IMG/VR virus record: IMGVR_UViG_3300027857_000023
Location: 1-53,068 of that record
Source of the DNA: a virus
Taxonomy: Duplodnaviria > Caudoviricetes
Length of the DNA: 53,068 nucleotides
Direction: 5' to 3' (one strand)
Shown: piece after piece, positions 44,205 to 53,068 of the stretch
Layout of the letters: each line of letters begins with the position of its first letter
Numbering within the stretch: the first letter of the stretch is position 1
Program-made: the position numbers and the translations under genes
Notes under the pieces: model-generated
What the model was told of the DNA's origin: nothing
The model's database searches: none
Seen by the model: only the letters and a program-made list of their open reading frames with translations

Positions 44205-44525
44205 ATGGCAGTTACGAATCAACCGTGGGACGGCTCAGCATCACGCTGGCCAGACACACCTTCGTACTGCGATTCCTGCCTCATCAACCTAAATACTGGG
44301 AGTCGCAGTACCTGGACTCAGGATAACTGCAAATTACCAATCCGTGAACCAGGTGGGGATATCAACAGCAACGCGCTAGGTCCCGCTACTGGCGCATTAA
44401 ATGGCGCACGTGGTGGACTCAAGGATGTTCCTGCCGATGCAAAGAAGAAGGCAGCAAATGCACTCGCGCGCGCCTATCGTGCGGCAAAAATGGACATCCC
44501 TGATTCGCTGAAGAGGATGATGTAA
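44205..44525 (+). CDS. Head-associated protein
   Basis: PWDGSA...CKLPI...GALNGARGG...LARAY motif. Confidence 0.6.
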   Translation: MAVTNQPWDGSASRWPDTPSYCDSCLINLNTGSRSTWTQDNCKLPIREPGGDINSNALGPATGALNGARGGLKDVPADAKKKAANALARAYRAAKMDIPDSLKRMM

Positions 44526-44770
44526 TGGCAAAAATAAGCGAGCAGAGAAAACCTGTCCATAAGCGCCGAACAGAAGAAGAGATGCGAGGTGCGCTCAGTG
44601 CGCTCGTCACCGGGAAGGAGCGAAAGCCGGACGATGAGTGGGATGTGGTTCTGGACGATACGATTACTGAGGTGATCACGACCAGGGCTCTTCTGATCGA
44701 TCTCACGCAGAAACTAGCAATAATCCAGCAGGATATGACTGCTGGCGTAAAGAACATCTTCACATCCTGA
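44525..44770 (+). CDS. Hypothetical protein
   Basis: TAATG overlap. Confidence 0.55.
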   Translation: MAKISEQRKPVHKRRTEEEMRGALSALVTGKERKPDDEWDVVLDDTITEVITTRALLIDLTQKLAIIQQDMTAGVKNIFTS

Positions 44771-44807
44771 GAAGACGTTGACAGGATAGAAGGAAGCAAG
44801 CTATACT

Positions 44808-45485
44808 ATGACTAACGAAGATCCCTCATCTGGGGCAGGCGCGACGCCCAATCCAGATCAGCCCGTGATGGGCACCCCGGCTCCCGCTGGCGCGACGCCA
44901 ACGACGAAGCCCGCAACCACGACGCTTGAGGAAGCGCTGGCACGCATTGCAGAACTTGAGCATTCTCATAAAAATGCCGTAGAAGAACGCGATAGACATC
45001 GCAAGAAGCTCTCAGGCTATGAGGAAGCAGAGAAAAAGGCTCAGGAAGCACAACTCAGCGAAGTTGAGCGCATAAAGAAGCAGCACGCAGACCTCCAATC
45101 TCAGCATGATGCCCTGGTCCGCGAGACGCAGGAACTCAGGGTCCATCAATCGGTCGAGAGGCATGCGGCACGGCTCAAGTTTATTCGCCCAGAGATAGCA
45201 GCGAAACTTTTAGATTGGTCCGAGATCGAATACGAAGAGAACGGATCTCCTAAGAATATAGATAAGCTGTTAGAGAAGTTGGTCAAATCGATGCCAGAGT
45301 TGGCTCACGCTTCCAGCCAGCAGGCACCGTCAACGCCCAATCAGCCAACGACTCCTGCGATCCCTGCCATGAATCCAGGTCGAACGGCTATACAGCAGCC
45401 AAGCGCCCAACCTGGACGGCCACCGCGCTTGAGTGATCCAGGGGTATTCGTACCGCCTGGCACACCATCGAGGTATCAGCCCTGA
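44808..45485 (+). CDS. Capsid scaffolding protein
   Basis: Pro-rich ends with a central coiled coil; immediately before the capsid gene. Confidence 0.8.
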   Translation: MTNEDPSSGAGATPNPDQPVMGTPAPAGATPTTKPATTTLEEALARIAELEHSHKNAVEERDRHRKKLSGYEEAEKKAQEAQLSEVERIKKQHADLQSQHDALVRETQELRVHQSVERHAARLKFIRPEIAAKLLDWSEIEYEENGSPKNIDKLLEKLVKSMPELAHASSQQAPSTPNQPTTPAIPAMNPGRTAIQQPSAQPGRPPRLSDPGVFVPPGTPSRYQP

Positions 45486-45510
45486 ACTGGGGCAAGAATA
45501 ATCGTCTTTT

Positions 45511-45580
45511 GTATCTCGTGCCTAGCACCTGGGACGCTCAGATGCTGTGCAGGGGATGATGGGAGAATGAGTAGATGGCC
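45511..45580 (+). promoter_or_regulatory. Structured leader, copy 1 (major capsid gene)
   Basis: gtatctcgtgcc plus 32-nt gcaggggatgatgggagaatgagtagatggcc, identical to copy 2. Confidence 0.8.
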
Positions 45581-46591
45581 ATTGGAACCGGGACCGTCAC
45601 GCTTGCCGATTATGCACAGATGAGCAACAACCCGCTCGTGCAGGCTGTGACCTATTCCCTCATCGACTACGGCAACGTCATTCAGGACGTGCCGCTGGTG
45701 ACGAAGAAATCACTTATCATTAATGGCGTGCGCTTTGAAGGCAACTTGCCAACGGTCAACTGGAGCCAGCTAAACGCAGAAGGTGTAACCACCAAAGGCA
45801 CGCCGACTCCTTACCAGGAGCAAGCGTACATCATCCGCAACTATATCGACGTAGATAAGTTTATTGTTGAGGATGAAAACCAAATCGTCGAGCCACGAGC
45901 GATTCAGGCAGAGGCCTACCTCAAGGCGCTCACCTACGATATCAATTACAAATTCTTCAAGAACGACCACGTAACTGGCGATGTCAACGCCCCTGTCGGT
46001 ATCAAGTACCGTATTGCGAACGGCGGCACGTTCGGTGTCCGTCCCGAGAACCTGATCAATGGCGGTGGACTTGACCTCACTCAAGCAACACTCGGCACCA
46101 CCCCTTCCAACGGCAACAAGTTGATTGAGTTCCTGGACCAGCTCCTCTGGTCGGTGGATAGCCCAACAGGGACTGGCGTCATCATCTACGCGAACGACAC
46201 GATGAAACGCCGTCTCAACTTCGCTGTGAGGAACCTGGGGACGAGTGGTGGTTTCAGCGTCATGCAGGACATGTTTAATCGCACCGTTGAGATGTATAAA
46301 GGCGCGGTGATCCGTGATCCTGGCTACAAAGCTGACCAAAGCACTCGTATTATCACCTCCACGGAAACGAGCGATGGTCTCTCGGACACCACGAGCACCT
46401 ATACCAGCCTCTACGCCGTCAACTACGACGTGAACCACTTCAGTGGCTGGCAGTTCAATCCGCCCAACGTACAAGACCTCGGGCTCATCTACAATGGTGC
46501 GATCTATCGCACCCTGATCGACTGGGCCATTGGCTTCAATAATGCGTCAACTCGTAGCATTGGTCGCCTCTATGGGCTGAAGTTGTCGTAA
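45575..46591 (+). CDS. Major capsid protein (HK97 fold)
   Basis: 338 aa after the scaffold; LPTVNWSQLN, IDVDKFI. Confidence 0.85.
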   Translation: MAIGTGTVTLADYAQMSNNPLVQAVTYSLIDYGNVIQDVPLVTKKSLIINGVRFEGNLPTVNWSQLNAEGVTTKGTPTPYQEQAYIIRNYIDVDKFIVEDENQIVEPRAIQAEAYLKALTYDINYKFFKNDHVTGDVNAPVGIKYRIANGGTFGVRPENLINGGGLDLTQATLGTTPSNGNKLIEFLDQLLWSVDSPTGTGVIIYANDTMKRRLNFAVRNLGTSGGFSVMQDMFNRTVEMYKGAVIRDPGYKADQSTRIITSTETSDGLSDTTSTYTSLYAVNYDVNHFSGWQFNPPNVQDLGLIYNGAIYRTLIDWAIGFNNASTRSIGRLYGLKLS

Positions 46592-46611
46592 GACGGAAAG
46601 GGAATACGCAC

Positions 46612-47022
46612 ATGCCATCTGATGCACTTTTAGCTCTTGCGGGTACTTCAGCTTCACCGATTACCAGCACGACCACACCTGTCAATAACACTGCAATCAC
46701 CCTGCCTACTGGTACGCCCCGGCGCGGACTCAAGGCACGCGTGATCTATAGCGCAGCTACTGCGGCTTCCGGTTCGGATACCGCTCAGTTCAACATCGAT
46801 GTGAGCTACGATGGTGGCTCTACGTACACTGCCACCGCGTTTGCACCTACCATCGGGCCTCTGGCCACTACGGCCCTGTCGGGCGAAATCTTCATCCCAT
46901 TTGAAGTCAGTCCAACGAGCGTAGCCAATCAGATCAAGATCCGCCTGACATTGGTGTTGAGCAGCACTGCACACACCGATACCATCACGTACTTCTCTGA
47001 TCTGTTGCTGGCCAGGCCGTAG
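46612..47022 (+). CDS. Capsid cement/decoration-like beta-sandwich protein
   Basis: Follows the capsid gene; FNIDVSYDGGSTY...IRLTL. Confidence 0.6.
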   Translation: MPSDALLALAGTSASPITSTTTPVNNTAITLPTGTPRRGLKARVIYSAATAASGSDTAQFNIDVSYDGGSTYTATAFAPTIGPLATTALSGEIFIPFEVSPTSVANQIKIRLTLVLSSTAHTDTITYFSDLLLARP

Positions 47023-47056
47023 GCGCCGCGATAAAACTTGAAAGGAGGCGAACACA

Positions 47057-47659
47057 ATGGCTGTACGATCGACTATGGCGGCACTGATCAGCCGTGTTCG
47101 CTTACTGATCAATGATCCGCTCAGCACATCCATGCAGTTCCTCGATCAGGATATTCAAGATGTGCTGGACGAGGGACGTAGCGATATCGTGAATATGCCC
47201 CTCATCCCGAAACCGACCTTTACAGGGTCAACGATCCAATACCTGAACTATTATTCGCAACTGGGTGGGTGGGAAGATGACTACGTTCTGAAGCAATTCT
47301 TGGTTACTGTGGTAACGCCGAGTGCAGTAGAGCCAATTGCGGGACACTTCCAATTCGCTGCGACAACGTTGCCGCCAGTCTATATCACTGGCAAATTATT
47401 CGATGTCTATCGTACTGCTGCAGATCTGCTAGAGCGGTGGTCAGCTCGCTGGGTCCTCTCCTACAGCGTCACGGTAGATGGCCAATCGTTGCAGCGGGCG
47501 CAAGCTGCTACGGCGCTCCAAACGCTGGCAAAGAGCTATCGCATGAAGCAGCGAGCTGGGGTGATTGCGGCAACCAGGAGTGATATCAACGTGGGGCAAA
47601 ACGCCGTCTCACTTGCGCCTACGGAGATCGACTTCATGGGAAGTGGAGATGGGAGGTAA
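47057..47659 (+). CDS. Head-tail adaptor
   Basis: LISRVRLLIND...FLDQDIQDVL...DVYRTAADLL...VTVDGQSL. Confidence 0.7.
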   Translation: MAVRSTMAALISRVRLLINDPLSTSMQFLDQDIQDVLDEGRSDIVNMPLIPKPTFTGSTIQYLNYYSQLGGWEDDYVLKQFLVTVVTPSAVEPIAGHFQFAATTLPPVYITGKLFDVYRTAADLLERWSARWVLSYSVTVDGQSLQRAQAATALQTLAKSYRMKQRAGVIAATRSDINVGQNAVSLAPTEIDFMGSGDGR

Positions 47660-47662
47660 ACA

Positions 47663-48034
47663 ATGTCCGAAGGTATCCTTGCAACGGCAGAGATTGCTTC
47701 TATCCGAGCAGACGCGGCGGCGGTCACATGTAGCCAACCTTGCACTATCCAGCGCAAGGCCACCACGCGTGATGCGTTCGGGACAGAAACCGAAATCTGG
47801 GCGACTGTTGCCACTTGCCTCGTCGGTCTTGCTGAGCCAACGGCTGGGCAACTCACGAATTACGCCTTTCTGATTGGTTCTCTAGCAGCGTGGAAGGTGC
47901 AATTGCCGTACGGGACGAATGTGCAGCGCCAGGACCACTTGCTGATTGCGGGCAAGACGCTGGTCGCGCAGGTGGATCTCTCGCCACAAAGCTACAATAT
48001 GCTCTCGACGATGTTATGCACGGAAATCCTATGA
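47663..48034 (+). CDS. Head closure protein
   Basis: CTIQRK..TRDAFG...W...LPYGTNV...D.L. Confidence 0.7.
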   Translation: MSEGILATAEIASIRADAAAVTCSQPCTIQRKATTRDAFGTETEIWATVATCLVGLAEPTAGQLTNYAFLIGSLAAWKVQLPYGTNVQRQDHLLIAGKTLVAQVDLSPQSYNMLSTMLCTEIL

Positions 48035-48043
48035 ATGAGGTGA

Positions 48044-48472
48044 GTGATGGCTCTCTCTGAGGTGATGCTCGGCATTGAATATCTCTACGCCGCACTCTCG
48101 GTGGATAGCGCGCTCACCGCGCTTGTGCCAGGAGGCGTGTGGCGCGGATTAGCCGATCCGGGGACAGCCACACCGTTCATCGTCATCGCACACCAGGCAG
48201 GGACAGACAGCATAGCCTTTGGGGCCGTGCGGGCACTCACGAGCATGCTCTATCAGGCAAAAGTGGTAGGGCCTGCCAATAACTCCGCCGACCTGGCAAC
48301 GGCTGCGGCGCGTCTCGATACGTTGATCACGACGGCGGTCCCGATAGGTATCAGTGGTGGTCTCATCAAATCGTGCTACCGTGAGCAACCGTTACTCGTG
48401 GATGAAACGGTCACGGGCGAAAAATGGGCGAACATCGGCGGACTGTATAGGATACGGGTAAGTATCGCGTAA
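48044..48472 (+). CDS. Tail terminator (DUF3168-like)
   Basis: LYAALSVDSALTALV...VWRGLA...PFIV. Confidence 0.7.
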   Translation: MMALSEVMLGIEYLYAALSVDSALTALVPGGVWRGLADPGTATPFIVIAHQAGTDSIAFGAVRALTSMLYQAKVVGPANNSADLATAAARLDTLITTAVPIGISGGLIKSCYREQPLLVDETVTGEKWANIGGLYRIRVSIA

Positions 48473-48481
48473 GGAGTAGAC

Positions 48482-48826
48482 ATGTCAGCATTTGGAGTGA
48501 TCTGGAGCGGGCTAGAGAATCTGATCTCATCCTTGACACAGGTACGGGAGCAAACGCCGCATAGCATCAGCCAAATCTATGCCGATGTTGGAGCCGAAGC
48601 GCTCGATCTTATGAATAGTCTGACTCCTGTTCGCACAGGGCGACTTAAAGCTGCCAATACGCTGACACTAGACGAAATGAGCGCTACGCTTTCCAATGAT
48701 ACACCGTATTGTGTGTTTGTTGAATTCGGGACTCGCCACATGGCTCCACAGCCGTTTTTCACTCCCGCGCTCGAATTCATGGATCAGCAATTACAACAGC
48801 GATTACCTGAAGCATTCAATACCTAG
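48482..48826 (+). CDS. HK97 gp10-like tail completion protein
   Basis: TPVRTGRLKA...YCVFVEFGTRHMAPQPFFTPA. Confidence 0.85.
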   Translation: MSAFGVIWSGLENLISSLTQVREQTPHSISQIYADVGAEALDLMNSLTPVRTGRLKAANTLTLDEMSATLSNDTPYCVFVEFGTRHMAPQPFFTPALEFMDQQLQQRLPEAFNT

Positions 48827-48845
48827 AACTTTGATTGTCACTTTC

Positions 48846-48958
48846 GTATCTCGTGCCCAGCCAAGGAATTGGGCGGCTTCCGAGCTTCTGAAAATGAGGC
48901 CGAGTAGGACCGGATTGCTTGGTTGGGCAGGGGATGATGGGAGAATGAGTAGATGGCC
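48846..48958 (+). promoter_or_regulatory. Structured leader, copy 2 (tail tube gene)
   Basis: Same 12-nt and 32-nt boxes as copy 1 around a longer hairpin. Confidence 0.8.
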
Positions 48959-49339
48959 TATCCTGCTGCTGGCGTCGGGGGCGCGATCAAGAACGGCGCC
49001 AATACCGTCGCAAATATGCAAAAGTGGGCGTTATCCCAAAAGGGCAACGTCGCAAAAACCACCGCATTCGGCGCGTCAGGCTCCTGGGAGTCCAACACCG
49101 CCACGATCAGAGGCTGGACGGCCACGATCGACGGATGGACTGATGCAGGCGACACGAATGGGCAAGTCGCTTTGTATAACGGGCTCAACAGCACCTTCAC
49201 CTTAGAAATGGATATAGACGGGACCCACCATTGGTCTGGATCTGCGATCTTAACCGGGATCGACCCAAGTGCTGACGCGCAAAACATGAACTTGACCAAA
49301 CTCAGCTTTACCGGAACCGGGGCCTGCACCTTCACCTAA
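48953..49339 (+). CDS. Major tail tube protein
   Basis: KWALS...TTAFG...WE...GWTATIDG...SGSAILT...SFTGTG. Confidence 0.8.
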   Translation: MAYPAAGVGGAIKNGANTVANMQKWALSQKGNVAKTTAFGASGSWESNTATIRGWTATIDGWTDAGDTNGQVALYNGLNSTFTLEMDIDGTHHWSGSAILTGIDPSADAQNMNLTKLSFTGTGACTFT

Positions 49340-49364
49340 AATCGGATGAGAAAGGAGCGCGCAT

Positions 49365-49994
49365 ATGGGCGTGCTGGCTGGCGTCTCGTCCGATGTGTGG
49401 ATGACTTCGACGCCGAGCGTGACGGCTACCAACGAGTCATTTACAGACAGCGGCGATCATATCAATTACACCGCGTCGGTGCATCCTTTTATGGACATCG
49501 GCGCGGGCATCACCGTACAAAACAGCCCCAATGGTAGCAGCTCATGGGTCACGGTCACCGACTACACCGTCCAATGGGCGATCGGCAAGATCGTGTTTAA
49601 CACGGCGCGGGTGCCAGGGACAAATAATTTTGTGCGCGCCACCTTCAATTACTTCTTGGCCACACAGTACGACTGGACCTCGAAATGGGCGCTTTCGCTC
49701 AAGGGCAACGTGGCGAAGACCACGTCGTTCCAGGCAACGGGCCAGTGGGAGACCTATCTGGCGACCACGCGTGGCGGCACTGGAAAGATCGATACCTTCC
49801 GCAACGACGACAGGCTCTCAAAGGAGATCGGTAACATCCTGGTCGCACAACTGTTCGTGGACAAGGGCAACAATGTGCGATGGCAGTGCTATATCCGTGT
49901 GACCGATGTTTCCCCGGCCACCGATGCACAGAACATGCAGACACAATCCATCAGCTTCTCAGTGGAAAGAGATGCCTTTTTCCTGACATCCTAA
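49365..49994 (+). CDS. Second tail-tube paralog with inserted domain
   Basis: Shares KWALS.KGNVAKTT.F and DAQNM with the preceding gene. Confidence 0.7.
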   Translation: MGVLAGVSSDVWMTSTPSVTATNESFTDSGDHINYTASVHPFMDIGAGITVQNSPNGSSSWVTVTDYTVQWAIGKIVFNTARVPGTNNFVRATFNYFLATQYDWTSKWALSLKGNVAKTTSFQATGQWETYLATTRGGTGKIDTFRNDDRLSKEIGNILVAQLFVDKGNNVRWQCYIRVTDVSPATDAQNMQTQSISFSVERDAFFLTS

Positions 49995-50016
49995 TAAAAA
50001 AGCAAGAAAGCAGCAT

Positions 50017-50532
50017 ATGACAACGATAGACACCGAACTTGAGACAACAGACGTGCAACCCGGCGCAAATGGCAGCGAGCCAGACACTGAAACGATTCAA
50101 GTGCCTGAGACACCGACCTGGACGGAGACCGCCGACGAGTTGGAGATGCGGGCGCTCATCGCAGGGAAGCAAACGCTGAAAGAGGTGCTGGTGGATGTCC
50201 CTGAATGGGGTATTCAGGTTCTCCTTCGGGCAATGTCTGGGCAGGAGCGCAGCATCTATTTCTCCTGGCTCAATGCACAGGATCAGAAAGATCCGAATCA
50301 CATTAAGCGGAACTATTGGCGTCTCATTCAGCCGTGTATGCTGCATCCGCGCACGCGCAAACCTGTTTTCAAGTCCGCTGACGAGGGCACGATTATGGCG
50401 GAACATGACGGTGCGATCTTTGAGATGCTTGCCTTTACGAGTCAGCGCCTCTCGCGCCTGGATGGCTCAACGATGACTGCTGCGAAAAAAAACTTGCTGA
50501 GCATCCCGAACTTTTCCGCTACTACCAACTAA
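50017..50532 (+). CDS. Tail assembly chaperone (gpG-like)
   Basis: VDVPEWG..VLLRAMSG.ER; precedes the tape measure gene. Confidence 0.8.
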   Translation: MTTIDTELETTDVQPGANGSEPDTETIQVPETPTWTETADELEMRALIAGKQTLKEVLVDVPEWGIQVLLRAMSGQERSIYFSWLNAQDQKDPNHIKRNYWRLIQPCMLHPRTRKPVFKSADEGTIMAEHDGAIFEMLAFTSQRLSRLDGSTMTAAKKNLLSIPNFSATTN

Positions 50533-50699
50533 CAGAGAGGCTGCATTACCAGCATGTTGATGAGATGCTGGCAGACCAACAATCGGCGGAATTATCGGGA
50601 TGGATGGCCTATCTGGCACTGGACGAAGAGATACAGATGAATCGCATGACCTACGCGGTCGCAAAGGCGATTTCCATGATGTTTGGAGCACAAGAATAA
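50017..50699 (+). CDS. Tail assembly chaperone gpGT via -1 frameshift at A AAA AAC (50487-50493)
   Basis: The -1 frame is open to TAA 50699 (KLAEHPELF...AELSGWMAYL), abutting the tape measure ATG. Confidence 0.8.
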
Positions 50700-52892
50700 A
50701 TGGCAGGAGCAGGCGGCGGCAACGTACAAGCGATCTCCGCGCAATTCAGCGCTGACGTTTCGGATTTTGTCAGTGCGCTTAGTAGTGCCATGAGCGCGGC
50801 TAAGGCCATGCAGTCATCTGCGGGAGATCTCTCGTCTGCCCTCACACAAACCACCCCAGCAGCGCAAGGAGCTGCACAGGGAGCTGCAGCGGCAGGGTCT
50901 GCAGTGCAGTCATCGGGATCTGCCTTCTCTTCTGCAGTCAGCGGGATAGGGAACTTCATCGGTGCTGCCGTGAATGCGGGACAAGCAGCCATGGCGGTAG
51001 GGCAGACGATCATCGATGGTGCCCTTTCCTTCAAGAACTTTGCGCAATCCGCTTCTGATACCATCAACTCGCTCTTTGATCTCAATGAGGCGACAGAAAC
51101 CGCCTCAGTCGCTTTCAAGTACCTCACTGGATCATCGTCGGCTGCCTCTGATGAGATGAAAGCCCTCTCCGATTTCGCGGCCAATACCCCATGGCCAACA
51201 GATCAGATCCGCGCACTGGGCGAGCACATGCTGGCGATGGGCATGAATGCGCAAGATGTCATTCCACGAATGAAAGCGGTTGGTGATGCAGTTGCCGCCA
51301 TGGGTGGTGGAGTGCCACAGATCGGGGCAGTCATCGCTGAGTTGCAGAAGATGACCGACCAGGGCAAGATTACCCAACGCCAGATGGATGTCCTGATCCA
51401 ACAAGGATTCCCAGCCTGGCAGGCCCTGGCGGCTGGTATGGGAACTTCTGTTGATCAGGCTATGGCAAAGGTCAGATCGGGAACGATGGACACCAAGCAA
51501 GCCATCGATGACATGCTTTCAGGAGCTGAATCGAAATTCTCTGGTGCTATGCAAGATCAGATGAACACGATGACTGGCCAGCTCAACAAATTTAAAGACA
51601 ACTGGAATGAGATGTGGCAATCGCTCTCAGGAGGCGCATTTGCGGCAGTGGAAGCCGTAATGGGAGGGGTGAACCAGATCTTAGAGCAGGCTATCCTGCC
51701 AGGACTCAAAGACATTAACGATGAAGCACAGAAAGTGGCTGATGACATAAAAGACTGGGCGACAAACACCAAAGATGGGCAGCAGGCAGTATCAGACCTC
51801 AATGAAGCGTTTAAGGCACTTATTGCTACCGTCAAGTTTCTGCTCGACGGGGTTGCCGGGATCATCATGATCTTGCATGACATCGGTCCCGTCCTCAAGG
51901 CCGCCTTTGACGTGATTATGTTGCCGACACAACTCCTCTTTCAGGCGATAGACGGAATCAAGCAGCTTACCGGGCAGACACAAGACTTGAGTGCGGCCAA
52001 TAAGGATGCTGCAACCAGTAGTCAGAACCTGGGTTCGTCCGTGTCATCTACTGCGGGATCTGCCTCCACTGCCGCCTCATCGTCATCTCAGGCCGCGTCA
52101 TCTATAAGTAGTATGGGGTCTGCCGCCTCCACTGCCTCTGGTCATGTCCAAACAGCGGCGTCCTACGTGGATAATGCGGGCACTTCCTTCCGCCAGTTGG
52201 GGACAAACCTGCTCCAGACCACCACATCGGCGTCTAGCTTCTCCGTCACGGCTTCCGATGTGAGCACGCACGCGAAAGCAGCAGCAGCCTCGCTCGACTC
52301 CACAGGGAAGAGCGCCGGAACGCTCTCAGATAACTTCCGCGATGCTAGCCAAGCAAGTGTATATTTTCAAGGACAACTGGATAAGGCTGCACTCTCATCA
52401 CGCTCGCTCAATCAGCAACTGGAGGATGCGGGCAAAGGTATAGGGACGCTCAAGGCGCATTTCACCGACCTGGCAGGTAATGACGTCCATTGGAAAATTA
52501 ACGACGAGATGAAGAATACGCAGGACAATGCTCATAGCCTTCAGAATGTCCTGCTCAACCTCCAGGATATCATGAACGCCCTTGGGTCTGCGATGCAGTC
52601 TATATCTGGTCCGAGAATAAGCAGCATTCCACAAGCGGCTTCTGGGGTTGAGAACTTCGAAGGTGGACTCATTCAGGTCCACAAAGATGAGATTCTCTCT
52701 CTGCCACGCGGCTCATCTGTCTATCCGGTGACAGGAGGACCTCAACTCGCGCCGATATCGCTCTCGAATGCAGGACGCGGTACGGGCGGCTCCAGCAATC
52801 TCTACTTCAATATTGATGGTCGCACGTTTGCCTCAGCTATGGGCGTCTACCTCACTGAAGAATTGCGCTTGCAACTGGGGGTGATGTCGTGA
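50700..52892 (+). CDS. Tape measure protein
   Basis: 730 aa, Ala/Ser-rich; tape-measure domain FAANTPW...IPRMKAVGDAVAAMG; C-terminal ASGVENFEGG..QVHKDE. Confidence 0.9.
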   Translation: MAGAGGGNVQAISAQFSADVSDFVSALSSAMSAAKAMQSSAGDLSSALTQTTPAAQGAAQGAAAAGSAVQSSGSAFSSAVSGIGNFIGAAVNAGQAAMAVGQTIIDGALSFKNFAQSASDTINSLFDLNEATETASVAFKYLTGSSSAASDEMKALSDFAANTPWPTDQIRALGEHMLAMGMNAQDVIPRMKAVGDAVAAMGGGVPQIGAVIAELQKMTDQGKITQRQMDVLIQQGFPAWQALAAGMGTSVDQAMAKVRSGTMDTKQAIDDMLSGAESKFSGAMQDQMNTMTGQLNKFKDNWNEMWQSLSGGAFAAVEAVMGGVNQILEQAILPGLKDINDEAQKVADDIKDWATNTKDGQQAVSDLNEAFKALIATVKFLLDGVAGIIMILHDIGPVLKAAFDVIMLPTQLLFQAIDGIKQLTGQTQDLSAANKDAATSSQNLGSSVSSTAGSASTAASSSSQAASSISSMGSAASTASGHVQTAASYVDNAGTSFRQLGTNLLQTTTSASSFSVTASDVSTHAKAAAASLDSTGKSAGTLSDNFRDASQASVYFQGQLDKAALSSRSLNQQLEDAGKGIGTLKAHFTDLAGNDVHWKINDEMKNTQDNAHSLQNVLLNLQDIMNALGSAMQSISGPRISSIPQAASGVENFEGGLIQVHKDEILSLPRGSSVYPVTGGPQLAPISLSNAGRGTGGSSNLYFNIDGRTFASAMGVYLTEELRLQLGVMS

Positions 52893-53068
52893 GCTTGCAG
52901 TGTAGCATCGGTGGGACCGTTGTGCCTACCATGATTGGGCAGATCCCTATCAAGGTTGGTACCAAGATCAAGCAGCGATCCACCTGTACCATTGGGGTGC
53001 CAGATGCGGTAGGATACACGCTCTCAGAACTCATGGCGGTTTCTATCAACGACACGACGAGCGGCGCA
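52889..53068 (+). CDS. Tail tip/distal tail protein, 3'-truncated
   Basis: GTGA overlap; frame open to the window end. Confidence 0.6.
   Translation, partial: MSLQCSIGGTVVPTMIGQIPIKVGTKIKQRSTCTIGVPDAVGYTLSELMAVSINDTTSGA

Larger units (their letters stand above)
1..53068. mobile_element. Temperate siphovirus-like phage genome, near-complete and circularly permuted
   Basis: Integrase/xis/repressor, replication, terminase-portal-capsid-tail and lysis modules are all present with no host genes. Tail module is cut at both window ends. Confidence 0.95.

Overview
This window is almost the whole genome of a temperate, long-tailed (siphovirus-type) bacteriophage, opened inside the tail module. The structural operon runs from about 39.7 kb to the window end and resumes at position 1 in the middle of a gene. 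Gene order: repetitive tail protein and lysis genes (1-6973); a leftward early operon with HTH regulators, a C5 DNA methyltransferase, Bet recombinase and a SWIM protein (7081-14484); divergent promoters, repressor, xis, tyrosine integrase and an apparently intact attP (14485-16850); HNH, replication initiator with iterons and DnaC-like loader (18392-21250); a long accessory region; then terminase, portal, scaffold, capsid, neck, tail tubes, frameshifted chaperone and tape measure. The host is probably Ktedonobacteria/Chloroflexota; this is an inference from protein style only. The most striking feature is an RNA-centred locus at 37.66-39.13 kb, where four tRNA-like elements keep the D/T elbow but each has a defective anticodon or acceptor end. 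One is circularly permuted and Y-RNA-like, and with a hexamer-periodic tract they flank one uncharacterised protein; no Ro60 is visible. Other highlights: a methyltransferase split across two nested reading frames (M.EcoHK31I-like); a membrane protein plus HerA/FtsK ATPase module resembling hyphal Tra/Spd transfer systems; an unannotated CsrA; a structured leader shared by the capsid and tail-tube genes; a cassette flanked by a 14-bp direct repeat; and a split, frameshifted large terminase. All calls come from manual reading; no database searches were run.
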